From positions 31,002,001-31,066,000 of the forward strand of contig CM059433.1 of NCBI GenBank assembly GCA_030390025.1: DNA of 64,000 nucleotides, written 5' to 3'. A program made the position numbers and the translations under genes. The notes beneath the pieces were generated by a model. That model saw nothing but the letters and a program-made list of their open reading frames with translations, was not told the origin of the DNA and did no database searches. Within the stretch, counting starts at the first letter, position 1. The number at the start of each line of letters is the position of its first letter. Source of the DNA: Squalus acanthias. Lineage: Eukaryota. Below are positions 50,816 to 61,729 of this stretch, one piece after another.

Positions 50816-51191
50816 TAGGGTTGCCAACCCTCTAGGATTGGCCTGGAGTCTCCAGGAATTGAAGATTGATCTCCCGGACACAGCTTCATGCAACACCCAG
50901 GGAGAAAAATCATTCAAAAAAAAGATGTTTATTTTTCATTTTCTTTGAACACTTTCTGTTTACAAGTTATAATAATATTGGAGATGGGGAAAAAGACTGA
51001 CTGACAGTCAAGAACCATCCAATTGGGTAATGAATAGTCTTTGCTTTCCTATTGGCCGTGGGAATGCGGTGCACCGTGAGGATGGACGTGTCAAATGACC
51101 AATGGTGGGAGTGTGGGGCCGGGGCGGTTGGAGAGAGGAGGCCATGTGATGAAACCTCCAGGAACACGTCCAACCAGAGTCAGCAACCCTA
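50816..51191. mobile_element. hAT-like MITE
   Basis: TIR tagggttgccaac / gtcagcaacccta and near 8-bp TSD gtgctaaa/gtgctatg. Inverted relative at 61220-61603. Confidence 0.8.
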
Positions 51192-51240
51192 GTGCTATGG
51201 CAGCTGTACATTAAGAATTGACTAACCAACCCGGACTCAC

Positions 51241-51438
51241 CGTCGTAGCAGAATCCTTGGAGGCAGGGGCCGGAGCTGCAGTCATTGATGTTGATCTCGC
51301 AGCGCGGGCCTGCGAAGCCTCTCGCGCATACGCAGCGGAATCCGAGGGGGTGTGTGTCCAGATCCGTCTCTTCCACACACGCGGCGCTGTTCTCGCAGGG
51401 ATTGGAGGCCTCGCAGGGCCTAGACGCGCAGTTGAAGC
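51241..51438 (-). CDS. EYS: EYS (eyes shut homolog) coding exon, 198 bp, phase 1-1, EGF-like repeats: (G)FNCASRPCEASNPCENSAACVEETDLDTHPLGFRCVCARGFAGPRCEININDCSSGPCLQGFCYD
   Basis: Minus strand has acceptor tttcctttcccaag|GC and donor GACG|gtgagt. Cysteine spacing is EGF/cbEGF-like. The trailing G joins the next exon's TG to give Val. Peptide resembles fish Eys as recalled. Confidence 0.9.
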
Positions 51439-52219
51439 CTTGGGAAAGGAAAACAGGCAAAGCTGTCAGACATGAACGAACGAATCAGTTCCCTAACACT
51501 TTTACCAGTACAACCCTACAGCAGAACCAATCTCCAATAAAACTTTTCCCTGACTATAGTAACCCAGCTGTCTTTCAGCATTCCTGAAGAAATGATTGAA
51601 ATAGCTTATCCTAATTCATTTTGAAATGTGTCCCTTCAAAATCTAGAAATTTGTTGTTGCTGGATTTTCCCATGCATTGGATATATTGTCCACCAATAAT
51701 TCTGTCTTTTTTTTGCATTAAAAAATAATTAATAATAATTTGAATTAAACAAGGTAAATAATACAGCAAAGTGGAAGTTCAGTGCTCAAAAAAATTGGAA
51801 TGATCAGATAATTCGAATTAAGTGACTTTGAATTATGAGGAGGCTGTATAACCGAGAAATTGATTAAAATTCATTTTACAGAGTAAAGAGGGTGACTTTA
51901 TGTTGGTCACATTCCAAACACATTCTAGCACTTGGGGGCAAAGAAAAAATAAAATCAGATTATTTGTAACTTAAAGCCATTTGAATTTTGAGAGCCTATT
52001 TTTCTTGTCCTGTCACAGAACGGAACCTTCGGTGTGCGAGTAGCATCAGCTAGAAATAACATTTAACTTGTATAAATATACACTCACATCATTAGTCACT
52101 TACAGAAGCTGAAAGAGCGAAAGTGCTTGGAAATGAAGTCAACCTGAAATACAAATGTATTGTGACACCTAACAGGAGTCGCAGACTCTTTGCCTTGCTT
52201 TTGATCTGCATTTGGAAAG

Positions 52220-53430
52220 AAAGAATTTGCCTTTCTATAGCGCCTTTCATAACCTCAGGATGTGCCAAAGCGCTTTACAGCCGATGAAGTACTTTTGAAG
52301 TAAAACAGAAAATGCTGGAAATACTCAGCAGGTCAGGCAGCATCTGTGGAGAGAGAAACGGAGTTAACGTTTCAGGTCTGTGAGCTTTCGTCTTTACTTG
52401 TCCCATCACCATCCACTTTTGCCTTGCACCATCGACCTGAAACATTAACACTGTTTCTCTCTCCACAGATGCTGCCTGACCTGCTGTGTATTTCCAGCCT
52501 TTTCTGTTTTTTATTACAGAGTTCCAGCATCCACAGTATGTTGCTTTTGTACTTTTGAGGTGTAGTTGCAGTTGTAATGTGGGAAATGCAGTATCGAATT
52601 TGCACACAGCAAGGTCCTACTAACAGCAATGTGATACAAATATCATGTAATTTGTTTTAGTGATGTTGGTTGAGGGATAAATATTGGTCAGGACACTGGG
52701 GAGAGCTCCCCTGCTCTTCTTCCAAATAGTGCTGTGGGATCTTTTACAGCCGCCTGAGAGGGCAGACTGGGCCTCGGTTTAACGTCTCATCCAAAAGACG
52801 GCATCTACGACTGTATAACACTCTGTTAGTACTGCACTGGATTATATTCAACCCCAGGTAGGATATATTGGCCTTGGAGGGGGTGCAGCTCAGATTCACC
52901 AGAATGATACTAGGGTTAAAAGGGTTAAATTATGAGGACAGGTTACATAGACTAGGCTTACATTTCCTTGAGTATAGAAGATTAAAGTGTGATCTAATTG
53001 AGGTGTTTAAGATGTTTAAAGGAATTGATAGGGTAGATACAGAGAAACTATTTCCTCTGGTGGGGGAGCCCAGAACAAGTAGTATAACCTTAAAATTAGA
53101 GTTAGGCCGTTCAGGGGTGATGTCAGGAAGCACTTCTTCACACAAAGGGTAGTGGAAATCTGGAACTCTCTCCCCCAAAAAGCTGTTGAGGCTGGGGGTC
53201 AATTGAAATTTTCAAACTGAGATTGATAGATTTTTGTTGGGCAAGGGTATTAAGGGTTACAGAACCAAGGTGGGTAGATGGAGTTAAGATACAGATCAGC
53301 CCTGATCTAATTGAATGGCAGAACAGACTTGAGGTGCTGAATGGCCTACATAATGGTTCTTATGTTCCGATTATGTGCTCAAGTCTCTGGAGTGGGATTT
53401 GAACCCACGACCTTCTGACTCAGAGGCGAG
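52220..53430 (-). mobile_element. DeuSINE-like SINE split by a Penelope-like piece (52300-52550) and a CR1 (52855-53368, +)
   Basis: SINE tail at 52220, core at 52550-52840, head at 53369-53430. ORF 52868..53152 is CR1. Confidence 0.8.
52300..52550. mobile_element. Penelope-like inverted duplication
   Basis: aaatgctggaaatactcagcaggtcaggcagcatctgtggagagagaaac followed by its reverse complement. Confidence 0.7.
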
Positions 53431-54314
53431 TGTCTGTGGTAAATATATGTTAGTGACCATTGTCCGGAATGGCCTGAAATGAGTCAGTTTGGCTCTGGTA
53501 CACCAAGTGACACCATGTAGATTTAATAAGCCTCCGTTATTCTGTCAGTTCCTGCTTCTGCAAGAGACTTTGCTGCACTTGCAGACACTGGGGACTGATT
53601 CTGTATCTAAGTGCCGTGATGCATTATGCAATTCCATGTCACACCTTTACTGCCCTTGCACTGTGTGTTAAGTTTTGATATCTAGGTCGCTTTGTATTTG
53701 TCATGTGTGTGGTGCACTTTCGGTTTGTTCTGTTGCTGCATTGTGCCCCTATATAAATAGATAATTTCAATGCATTCTGCAGCAAACTGGCCATTCTGTT
53801 TAAAGTGAAAATTTACAGTGCCATTTTTTTTTAGCAGGTATGGCGATGCGTGTGCATTGGAAAAGCAATGAGTGGTGTCATAGAGTGATAGGACGCAGGC
53901 CCACGCCTTCTGAATTTCCACTTTAACTTGCTCTGCTGTGGGAGGAACAAATCAGAGGCCAGCTCTCTCTCTCTCCCCCCCCACAAGGAAAGAGAGAAGC
54001 AACAAATTTATCCCAGTGTCGCTATCCCATGTCTGAGCATCAAAGCTCAAGAAAATCATCACATTTTGTGGCACAGAAGGAGGCCATTCAGGCCATCCTG
54101 CACTTGCTGGCTTTCTGACCAAGTTATCTACTTAGTCCCACTCCCCTGCTCTTTCCCCGTACCCTTTTATTTTTCTTCTTTGGTGGAAATCTGTGAGGGG
54201 ATGGTCCACAGAGTCAGATCAGCGAGACCAAGGAGGGAGGCTAGAATTAGTGGGGAAAAGAGCCGAGAAAAAAAATGGATAGATTTTTTAAAAAGTTCAC
54301 TTTCTACAGTATAT

Positions 54315-54650
54315 ATAGAATAGACGTCGAGAGGATGTTTCCACATGTTGTGGAGACCAAAATTAGAGGCCATCAATATAAGGTAGCCACTAATAAATCC
54401 AGTAGGGAAGTCAGAAGAAACTTCTTTATCCAGAGTGGTGAGAATGTGCAACTTGCTACCACATGGAGTAGTTGAGGCAAATAACATAGATGCATTCAAG
54501 GGAAGCTAGATAATCACATGAAAGGAATAGAAGGTTATGTTGATAGGGTTAGATGAAGAGGGATGCGAGGAGGCTCATGTGGAGCATAAACACCAGCATG
54601 GACAAGTTGAACGAATGGCCTGTTTCTGTGCTGTAAATTCTATGTAAGAT
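54315..54650 (+). mobile_element. CR1 3' fragment
   Basis: RIDVERMFP...RRNFF plus 3' UTR. Confidence 0.8.
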
Positions 54651-55133
54651 GGTTCTGGTTCCAAGTTATTTAGCAGTCTGATTGACAGGATTTTTTGTCA
54701 TCAGCACTGTAGTGTTAAAGAAGGATGAATAGTGGTCTGGAGTTACGGATGTCATGTTGGTTTCTAAACCTTGGTCAAACAAGTGCAATGTTTTTGGAGA
54801 GTTGTTAACGGGCACTATCATTACGGCTGGCACAGTTACATGTGATTTTCACAATGATGCTCACGTGCGTGAGCAATGTAACAACAATTTCACAACACAA
54901 CAACCTCGGCTCTGAAATTATGCCCAGGGATACCAGTTTACAAATGTGTGTCTGAGTTCTTAGCCTATTGGGATATGCTGATAGGATTAGATGAAGTAAG
55001 GTGGGAGGAGACTCGTGGGGAGCATAAACACTGACAAAAGACAGTTGGGCCGGATGGCCTGTTTCTATGCTGTATATTCTATCTAATCAATTTTACACAG
55101 GTTAACACCTCCATTAAGTGACCACAAAAGGAA

Positions 55134-55359
55134 TTTTAGACAAATATGTTAAGCGTTGATTTGCCCCAGTGACGATTCAAGCCCCATGTCTCAGCATGAT
55201 TTGCGCCATTGTAAAAATGTTTGCCACTTTTTTGGAAAGACCAGTCCCCACATTTTTTCTGCATTTGTGAGCATCGTGATACATTGGCGCAAATGACAGT
55301 GAAAGATGGGGCATGAAACTTCACTGGAGTATATCAACGCTTAACATATTTGTCTAAAA
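55134..55359. repeat. 226-bp foldback inverted repeat
   Basis: Perfect 27-bp outer arms (55134-55160 and 55333-55359) with imperfect inner arms. Confidence 0.9.
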
Positions 55360-56649
55360 GTCGTTTAAACAAATGTCTTGTGTGGCATGTGTGAGGAGTT
55401 AAAAGGAGGATTTTGAATGTCACAATGCATGATAGATCCCAGTAACGTGACCACATCTTTCACTTCATACATAATTGATACCTTTCAGACCCCAGCCATG
55501 GTAACCGTGAGCCTCAATCAGTTAGCAATATTCCAACTCATTTCTCAAATCGCTGTTGCATTCTTGAGGATATCTCAACTATACATTAGCTTCACAACAG
55601 CCACACGCGAGCAGCAAGAGTCTGCATTCTTTATAAAATGGATTCGCGTCCCACTCCAGAGTCTTGTGCACAAGATCCAGGCTGACACGTCCAGTAGTTT
55701 CTCTGCAAGGGAAGAATGTTAGGGAAGCAATGGGCTTGATGGGTTGACTGGCCTTTTCTTAATTCCATGATGCACTTAAGAGGAAGTTACACAAATACAG
55801 GAGGGAGAAAGGAGTAGAAGGAAATGCTGATAGGGTGAGATGAACTCGTGTGGGAGGAAGCATAGACCTGTTGAGCCAAATGGCCTGTTTCTGTGCTGTA
55901 AATTCTATGTAATAGTTTAATATGTTCTTATTGAGTATGTTTGCACACTATGCATTATAACAGGGTGATGGATATATATGTGCACAATCTCACTCTTATT
56001 ATTCAGGCTATGATTGCACACTGCGCATTATATTATAACAGGTTGCTGGATGTATATTTGCACAATCTCATTTTGTTGAAGGCATGAATATTACATTGAA
56101 AAATAAGGATAACCACAGAGGGAATTAGAATTTGATCCAAGGATATTACTCACAGTTCATTTTTAAATAAAAGTAGAAATACAGAACTGGTGCACTTTTC
56201 TTCACAATTTCTAGAATTTCACAAATTAAAGTACTTGTTAAAAATCGAAGTGCTGACTTTGCACTCACTGTAAATGGTATATAAAAATAAATGTGTTCAT
56301 TTAACGCATCTAAATAAGGCTGTTAAAAATGACTTCTCACTATTATTTTAGTCATAGACACTACAGCAATATTAAAAGACATAGGCACTATTCTAATAAT
56401 GTTACTGATATGGGTTATTTTTCAACTTAGAAGGCTACCCATTCCCTTGCAAACTAGCCCACTTCTCCCTTTATGTGGCCTTGGCCAGCTGATTGGAAAC
56501 AGCAAAACTACCAGAGAATGTTTTAAGGCTGGTGTGGTCAGTATAGCTGAAACATTGCCTGAGCGCAAGCATTGAAGCTGTTAGCTCCATCCCACTATGA
56601 GACCTACATCTGACCCCTCTTGTCTCATTTGTAACTTCGCTCAACAATG

Positions 56650-57460
56650 ACAACAACTTGCATTTATATAGCACTTTTAATGTAGTAAAATGTCCCCAGG
56701 TGATTCACAGGAATGTTATCAGACAAAATGTGACATCGAGCCACAAAGCGACATTAGGACAGGTGACGAAAAGCTTGGTCAAAGAGGTAGGTTTTAAGGA
56801 GCGTCTTAAAGGAGAGAGAGGTGAAGAGGCAGAGAGGTTTGGAAACGGAATTCCAGAGCTTAGGACAATGGTGGAGCGAGGGAAGTTGGGGATTCACAAT
56901 AGGCCAGAATTGGAGGAACGCAGAGATCTCGGAGGGTTAGAAGCATAGAGTCATAGAGTTATACAGCACAGAAAGAGGCCCATCGGCCCATCGTGTCTGC
57001 ACCGGCCATCAAGCCCTATCTATTCTAATCCCATTTTCCAGCAGTTGGTCCATAGCCCTGTATGCTATGGCGTTTCAAGTGCTCATCTAAATGCTTCTTG
57101 AATGTTGTGAGGGTTCCTGCCTCTACTACCCTTTCAGGCAGTGAGTTCCAGATTCCAACCACCCTCTGGGTGAAATTTTTTTTCCTCAAATCCCCTCTAA
57201 ACCTCCTGCCCCTTACCTTGAAACTATGGCCCCTGGTTAATGACCCCTCTACTAAGGGGAAAAGTTCTTTCTATCTACCCTATCTATGCCCCTCATAATT
57301 TTTGTAGGGCTGGAAGCGGTTACAGAGATAGGGAGGGGTGAAGTCATGGAGGGATTTGAAAACAAGGATGAGAATTTTAAATTTGAGGTGTTGCTGGACT
57401 GGGAGCCAATGTAGGTCAGCGAGCACAGGGCTGATGGGTGAACGGTACTTGGTGCGATGG
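56650..57460 (-). mobile_element. L2 3' fragment split by a CR1 3' fragment (56943-57302, -)
   Basis: L2 gatctcggagggtt|...|ttgtagggctggaagcggttacagagataggg rejoins across the insert. Confidence 0.8.
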
Positions 57461-58331
57461 TGGACAATTGGCTAGTGGGAGTTTGCCCTGGTCCTAAGGA
57501 TTACTGAAGGAAAGCGCGGTCTGCAAAAACTTTCCAAAGCACTGTGTTGGCAAATGGGTGTTCAATTGTACTTGTTGAAATGCTGTCCTATGTTGTTGGA
57601 TTGAGGGCAGTCTCCTTGTTGGATGGAAGAACATCACTGATTGTTTTTGTGCTCTTTCATGCACCTTTAGTGGTTGGATCAAGGCAAAGAAGGAAGGATC
57701 ATGTGAAGGTGTTGGCTGCTTTTGCTTAGATCCCAACGCCACCAACCGCAATTCACTATTCACACTGGTACAGAAAGGATGCTTCTTGCTTCTCCTCTGA
57801 GGTTACAGAGGGAGGAAAACAATTCCTCCACCAGTTCTTTCCAGGTGCCTCTGACTAGGGAGCCCCTCCGTTTTGGGATTTGTATGCCACTTCCGAGGAT
57901 CCCAGAACAAGTATACACGTTATTAGCTACACCTTGTCAAGATAGAGAAGACACCTTGAATCTACAAAGATTTAAAGACTGTACCTACATTTTAGCCACC
58001 TAGATCCAGGACGACAAAATGTGCACAGCCATACTAACCATTTGCTTTTCCATTTCAGAGCTCAGCTATAAAATAGTTAAAGGTACCACATCCCTCATGT
58101 AGCTGAGGAAGGTTGGGGTGGCTGGAATAAGTTGACTAACCCAAGCCTTGAAATGGCCAGCCTCACATCTTCCACCTTCCATAAAGTTAAGCTCATCCAA
58201 AACACTGCTGCCCGTATCCTAACTCGCACCAAGCCCCATTCATCCAAAGCTGCATGGAAAAATGTTATTGATTGTTTTTCTGTTCTTCTACGAGATATAC
58301 CGCACAGTTTCCCTGATACCGATAGATACAT

Positions 58332-58985
58332 TGGGGAAAAAATTGGGTATATCCCATTTTGGGGCGCTAACCTCGGCGGGGCGCTAATTTTGGCACCCTG
58401 AAAAAGTTAGCACCCGTACCCCGTAAATTCAGTAGTAGCGCCCCAAGGAGGTGGAGCGCTACTGGAAGCATGCCACCTCCTTCTTGGGGCGCTACTACAC
58501 AATGTTGCAGCGCTACGTGCAACAGCGCCTCACAAAGGGGAGGGGCCTAGCGCTGCGCGCACCAGGGCCCTGCCGGACCACCGGGGAAGGAGTGACGGGC
58601 TGAGCGATCGCGGCCGGCAACCCACATACAAAAGTGAAAGTAGGCAGGTGCTGGCAGTTGGCCAAAATAAAAATGGCCGCTCGACACCTGCCCTTTAAGT
58701 AGCGCCGCCGCCCGCTACCTCTGCTGCAAAACCGCCCCCTGATCCTGTCGCACATATCGCCCGGTGATAAGTCAGGGGGGCGCAAGGGAAGTTTGCGGCC
58801 GGGGCGCAAATGGGGCGCTGCGCACGGTAATGACATCATCATCGCCGGCGCAACGGAGCAGGGTGCTACCGGATACTGCCGCCACTAACCTCTCACTGAA
58901 TTTTGCAGGAGGCGTTAGTGGCACTGCGCCCGGCGCTAGGGCATTTGTGCCCGGTTAGCGCCCACGAGAGGCGCAAGGCAACCCA
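58332..58985. mobile_element. GC-rich MITE-like element related to 32682-33313, inverted
   Basis: Reverse complement shares ttgcgcct..gggcgcta..gggcacaaa and tttaaaggc.aggtg...gcggccatttt. Confidence 0.7.
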
Positions 58986-59842
58986 AAGCTGCAATAATAC
59001 ATGCCACGTGTTCAGGGCGTCACTGATCTTCAGTGTTGTCAAGTGGTCTGATGTTGTTCGGGTTTCCACACTCATTCATGATTGCTTGATAAAAGCAGGT
59101 CACAGACTATGCAGTAAGCACCAGGGATGTGTTAATCAGAAATAAAAAGGCAAGGCAGCGGGTAAAATTCTAACTGCGAGCGTCCTCTACACATTAATAA
59201 AGTTGTACGCTGATTAAATCCACACCTGTGTGTCTGTGTCATCACTCACCGGCAGTGAAAGGTAATTGGTAATTGGATTTAGGATGCCCTCTAATTATGC
59301 AATTTGTTAGTTAACGTTTTATTGAAATAATTTACATTGGAGCTCTTTCTTCCATTTTCACTATTTCTCATTGCAATAATTCTGGGCAGCTTTCAACGTT
59401 GAAAAGTGACGATGGTCCGACAACTGTCATAGGACCCAAATTTGCATAATTAAGCAACCTCCCACCTGTGTCAGGCGGGCGGGCTGCTCATCCATTTACA
59501 GGCCTGACTGAAAACTGCATCAGGTGGGGTTAATGGGGCAACCGAGGTGCCTTACCTCCCCTCAATATTTTCAATTGATGGCAGCCCGTTTTTCAGGCCG
59601 GTACTGGGCAACTGGCATCTGAAAATTGCCCCATTTTCACTGAAGGAAAGACCTGAGTCTTCACTCAGGACAGGTCTTCAAAAACTAGTTGACGTCAGCA
59701 AGCTAATTAACAGAGAATGGACCAGAGGACATTAATACAACATTCACAAGCCTCGAGCAAGATTAGAAGTAAGGCAAAGCTTTCTTCCCAATGCCTCCCA
59801 AAGGATGGCAGATGTGTGGAACTGACATCAGGAGAAGGTATA

Positions 59843-60192
59843 AACAGAAAATGCTGGAAATACTCAGCAGGTCAGGCAGCATCTGTGGAGAGAGAAACAG
59901 GGTTAACGTTTTAGGTCTGTGACCTTTCATCTTAACTTGTCCCATTACCATCCCCTTTTGCCTTGCACCATCATCCCTTTTGTCATTTAATCTCTCCTGC
60001 CTTCCACCCTATCTCAGACCTTCCCTTTTGTTTTGTTCTGTTCTTTCCTCCCCCTCCCCCTCCCCCTCTCCCTACCTCTGTACTTACTTAAAAGCTGTTA
60101 CATCTCTAACATTTTCCAGTTCTGATGAAAGGTCATCGACCTGAAATGTTAACTCTGTTTCTCTCTCCACAGATGCTGCCTGACCTGCTGAG
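59843..60192. mobile_element. Penelope-like inverted duplication with hammerhead motif
   Basis: Same organisation as 52300-52550; ctgatgaaaggtcatcgacctgaaa at 60122. Confidence 0.72.
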
Positions 60193-60226
60193 TACATAGA
60201 ATATACAGCACAGAAAATGGCCAGCT

Positions 60227-61190
60227 CATAGAAATATAGAAGATAGGAGCAGGAGTAGGCCATTTGGCCCCTCAAGCCCGCTCCGCCATTCGACGTGATC
60301 ATGGCTGATCATTCAAACTCAGTACCCTGTCCCTGCCTTCTCCCCATATCCCTTGATACCTTTAGCCTTAAGAAATATATTTAACTCCTTCTTGAATATA
60401 TTTACTGACTTGGCCTCAACTGCCTTCTGTGGTAGAGAATTCCACAGGTTTACCACTCTCTGGGTGAAGAAATTCCTCCTCATCTCTGTCCTAAATGGCT
60501 TACCCCTTATCTTTAGACTGTGACCTCTTGTTCTGGACTCACCCGCCATCAGGTACATCCTTCCTGCATCCAGTCTGTCTAGCCCTGTTAGAATTTTATA
60601 AGTTTCAATGAGATCTCCTCTCATTCTTCTAAACTCCAGCGAGTATAAGCCCAATCGACCCAATCTCTCCTCGTATGTCATTCCTGCCATCCCAGATATC
60701 AGTCTGGTGAATCTTCGCTGCACACCCTCCATGGCAAGAACATCCTTCCTCAGATAAGGCGACCAAAACTGCACACAATACTCAAGGTGTGGTCTCACCA
60801 AGGCCCTGTACAGCTGCAGCAAGACATCCTTGTTCCTGTACTCAAACCCTCTCGCTACGAAGGCCAACATACCATTTGCCTTCTTAACTGCCTGCTGTAC
60901 CTGCATGCTTACCTTCAGTGACTGGTGCACAAGGACACACAGGTCTCGTTGCACTTCCCCTTCTCCCAAACTATTGCCGTTCAGATAATAATCTGCCTTC
61001 CTGAATTTGCCACCAAAGTGGATAAACTCGCATTTATCCACATTATACTGCATCTGCCATGCTTCTGCCCAATCATCCAACCTGTCCAAATCATACTGGA
61101 GTTTCTCTGCATCCTCCTCACAGCACACACGCCCACCCAGCTTTGTGTCATCTGCAAACTTGGAGATATTACATCTAGTTCCCTCCTCTG
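60227..61190 (-). mobile_element. Relatively young CR1, 5'-truncated, with an open RT C-terminus
   Basis: Uninterrupted 297-aa [15 protein letters not shown]...LVRPHLEYCVQFWSP...GYGEKAG. Confidence 0.93.
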
Positions 61191-61219
61191 ATAGTTCAGT
61201 AACTAAATTCACTGCTGGG

Positions 61220-61603
61220 TAGGGTTGCCAACTCTGGTTGGACGTATTCCTGGAGGTTTCATCACATGACCTCCTGCCTCAAACCGCCCCGCCCCCACAC
61301 TCCCGCCATTGGTCGCCCTACATGTCCATCCTCGCGGCACCCACCTTCCCACTCCAATTGGGATAGGAACAGACTCTTCATTACCCGATTGGATGATTCT
61401 TGACTGTCAGTCAAACAGCCTTTCTCCCCATCTCCAATATTTTTATCACTAGTAAACAGAAGTATTCAAAGAAAATGAGAAAAACACACCAGACTTTTTT
61501 ACTGTCCCTATGATTTTTCTCCCAGGTTTGCTCACAGCAGTGTCCTGGAGATTAATCATCAATTCCTGGAGACTCCAGGCCAATCCTGGAGGGTTGGCGA
61601 CTA
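61220..61603. mobile_element. hAT-like MITE, inverted relative of 50816-51191
   Basis: Starts tagggttgccaactctggttggacg and is collinear with the reverse complement of the other copy. Confidence 0.78.
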
Positions 61604-61729
61604 GGATGTTCCAGATTAGCTCACCAGTCTGTAGAAGGTTGGATAATCTCAGCCGGAATAGCTGTCGAAGTACAACAACCTGATCTCAGCTCCTCGCCTA
61701 GCGAGGGTGAAAAAAAATTAATGAGTGGA

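Noticed and set aside
51008..51240. ORF extension beyond the EYS exon
   Set aside because: Read-through past a consensus gtgagt donor into intron and a hAT-like MITE.
51772..51850. Tigger-like MITE (tacag...ctgta)
   Set aside because: Inverted ends are too short to support a call.
59220..59300. Possible upstream EYS exon (minus strand TTTCACTGCCG|gtgagt)
   Set aside because: In-frame stop a few codons upstream, no EGF cysteine pattern, and the wrong phase for the 51438 acceptor. The preceding exon is probably outside the window.
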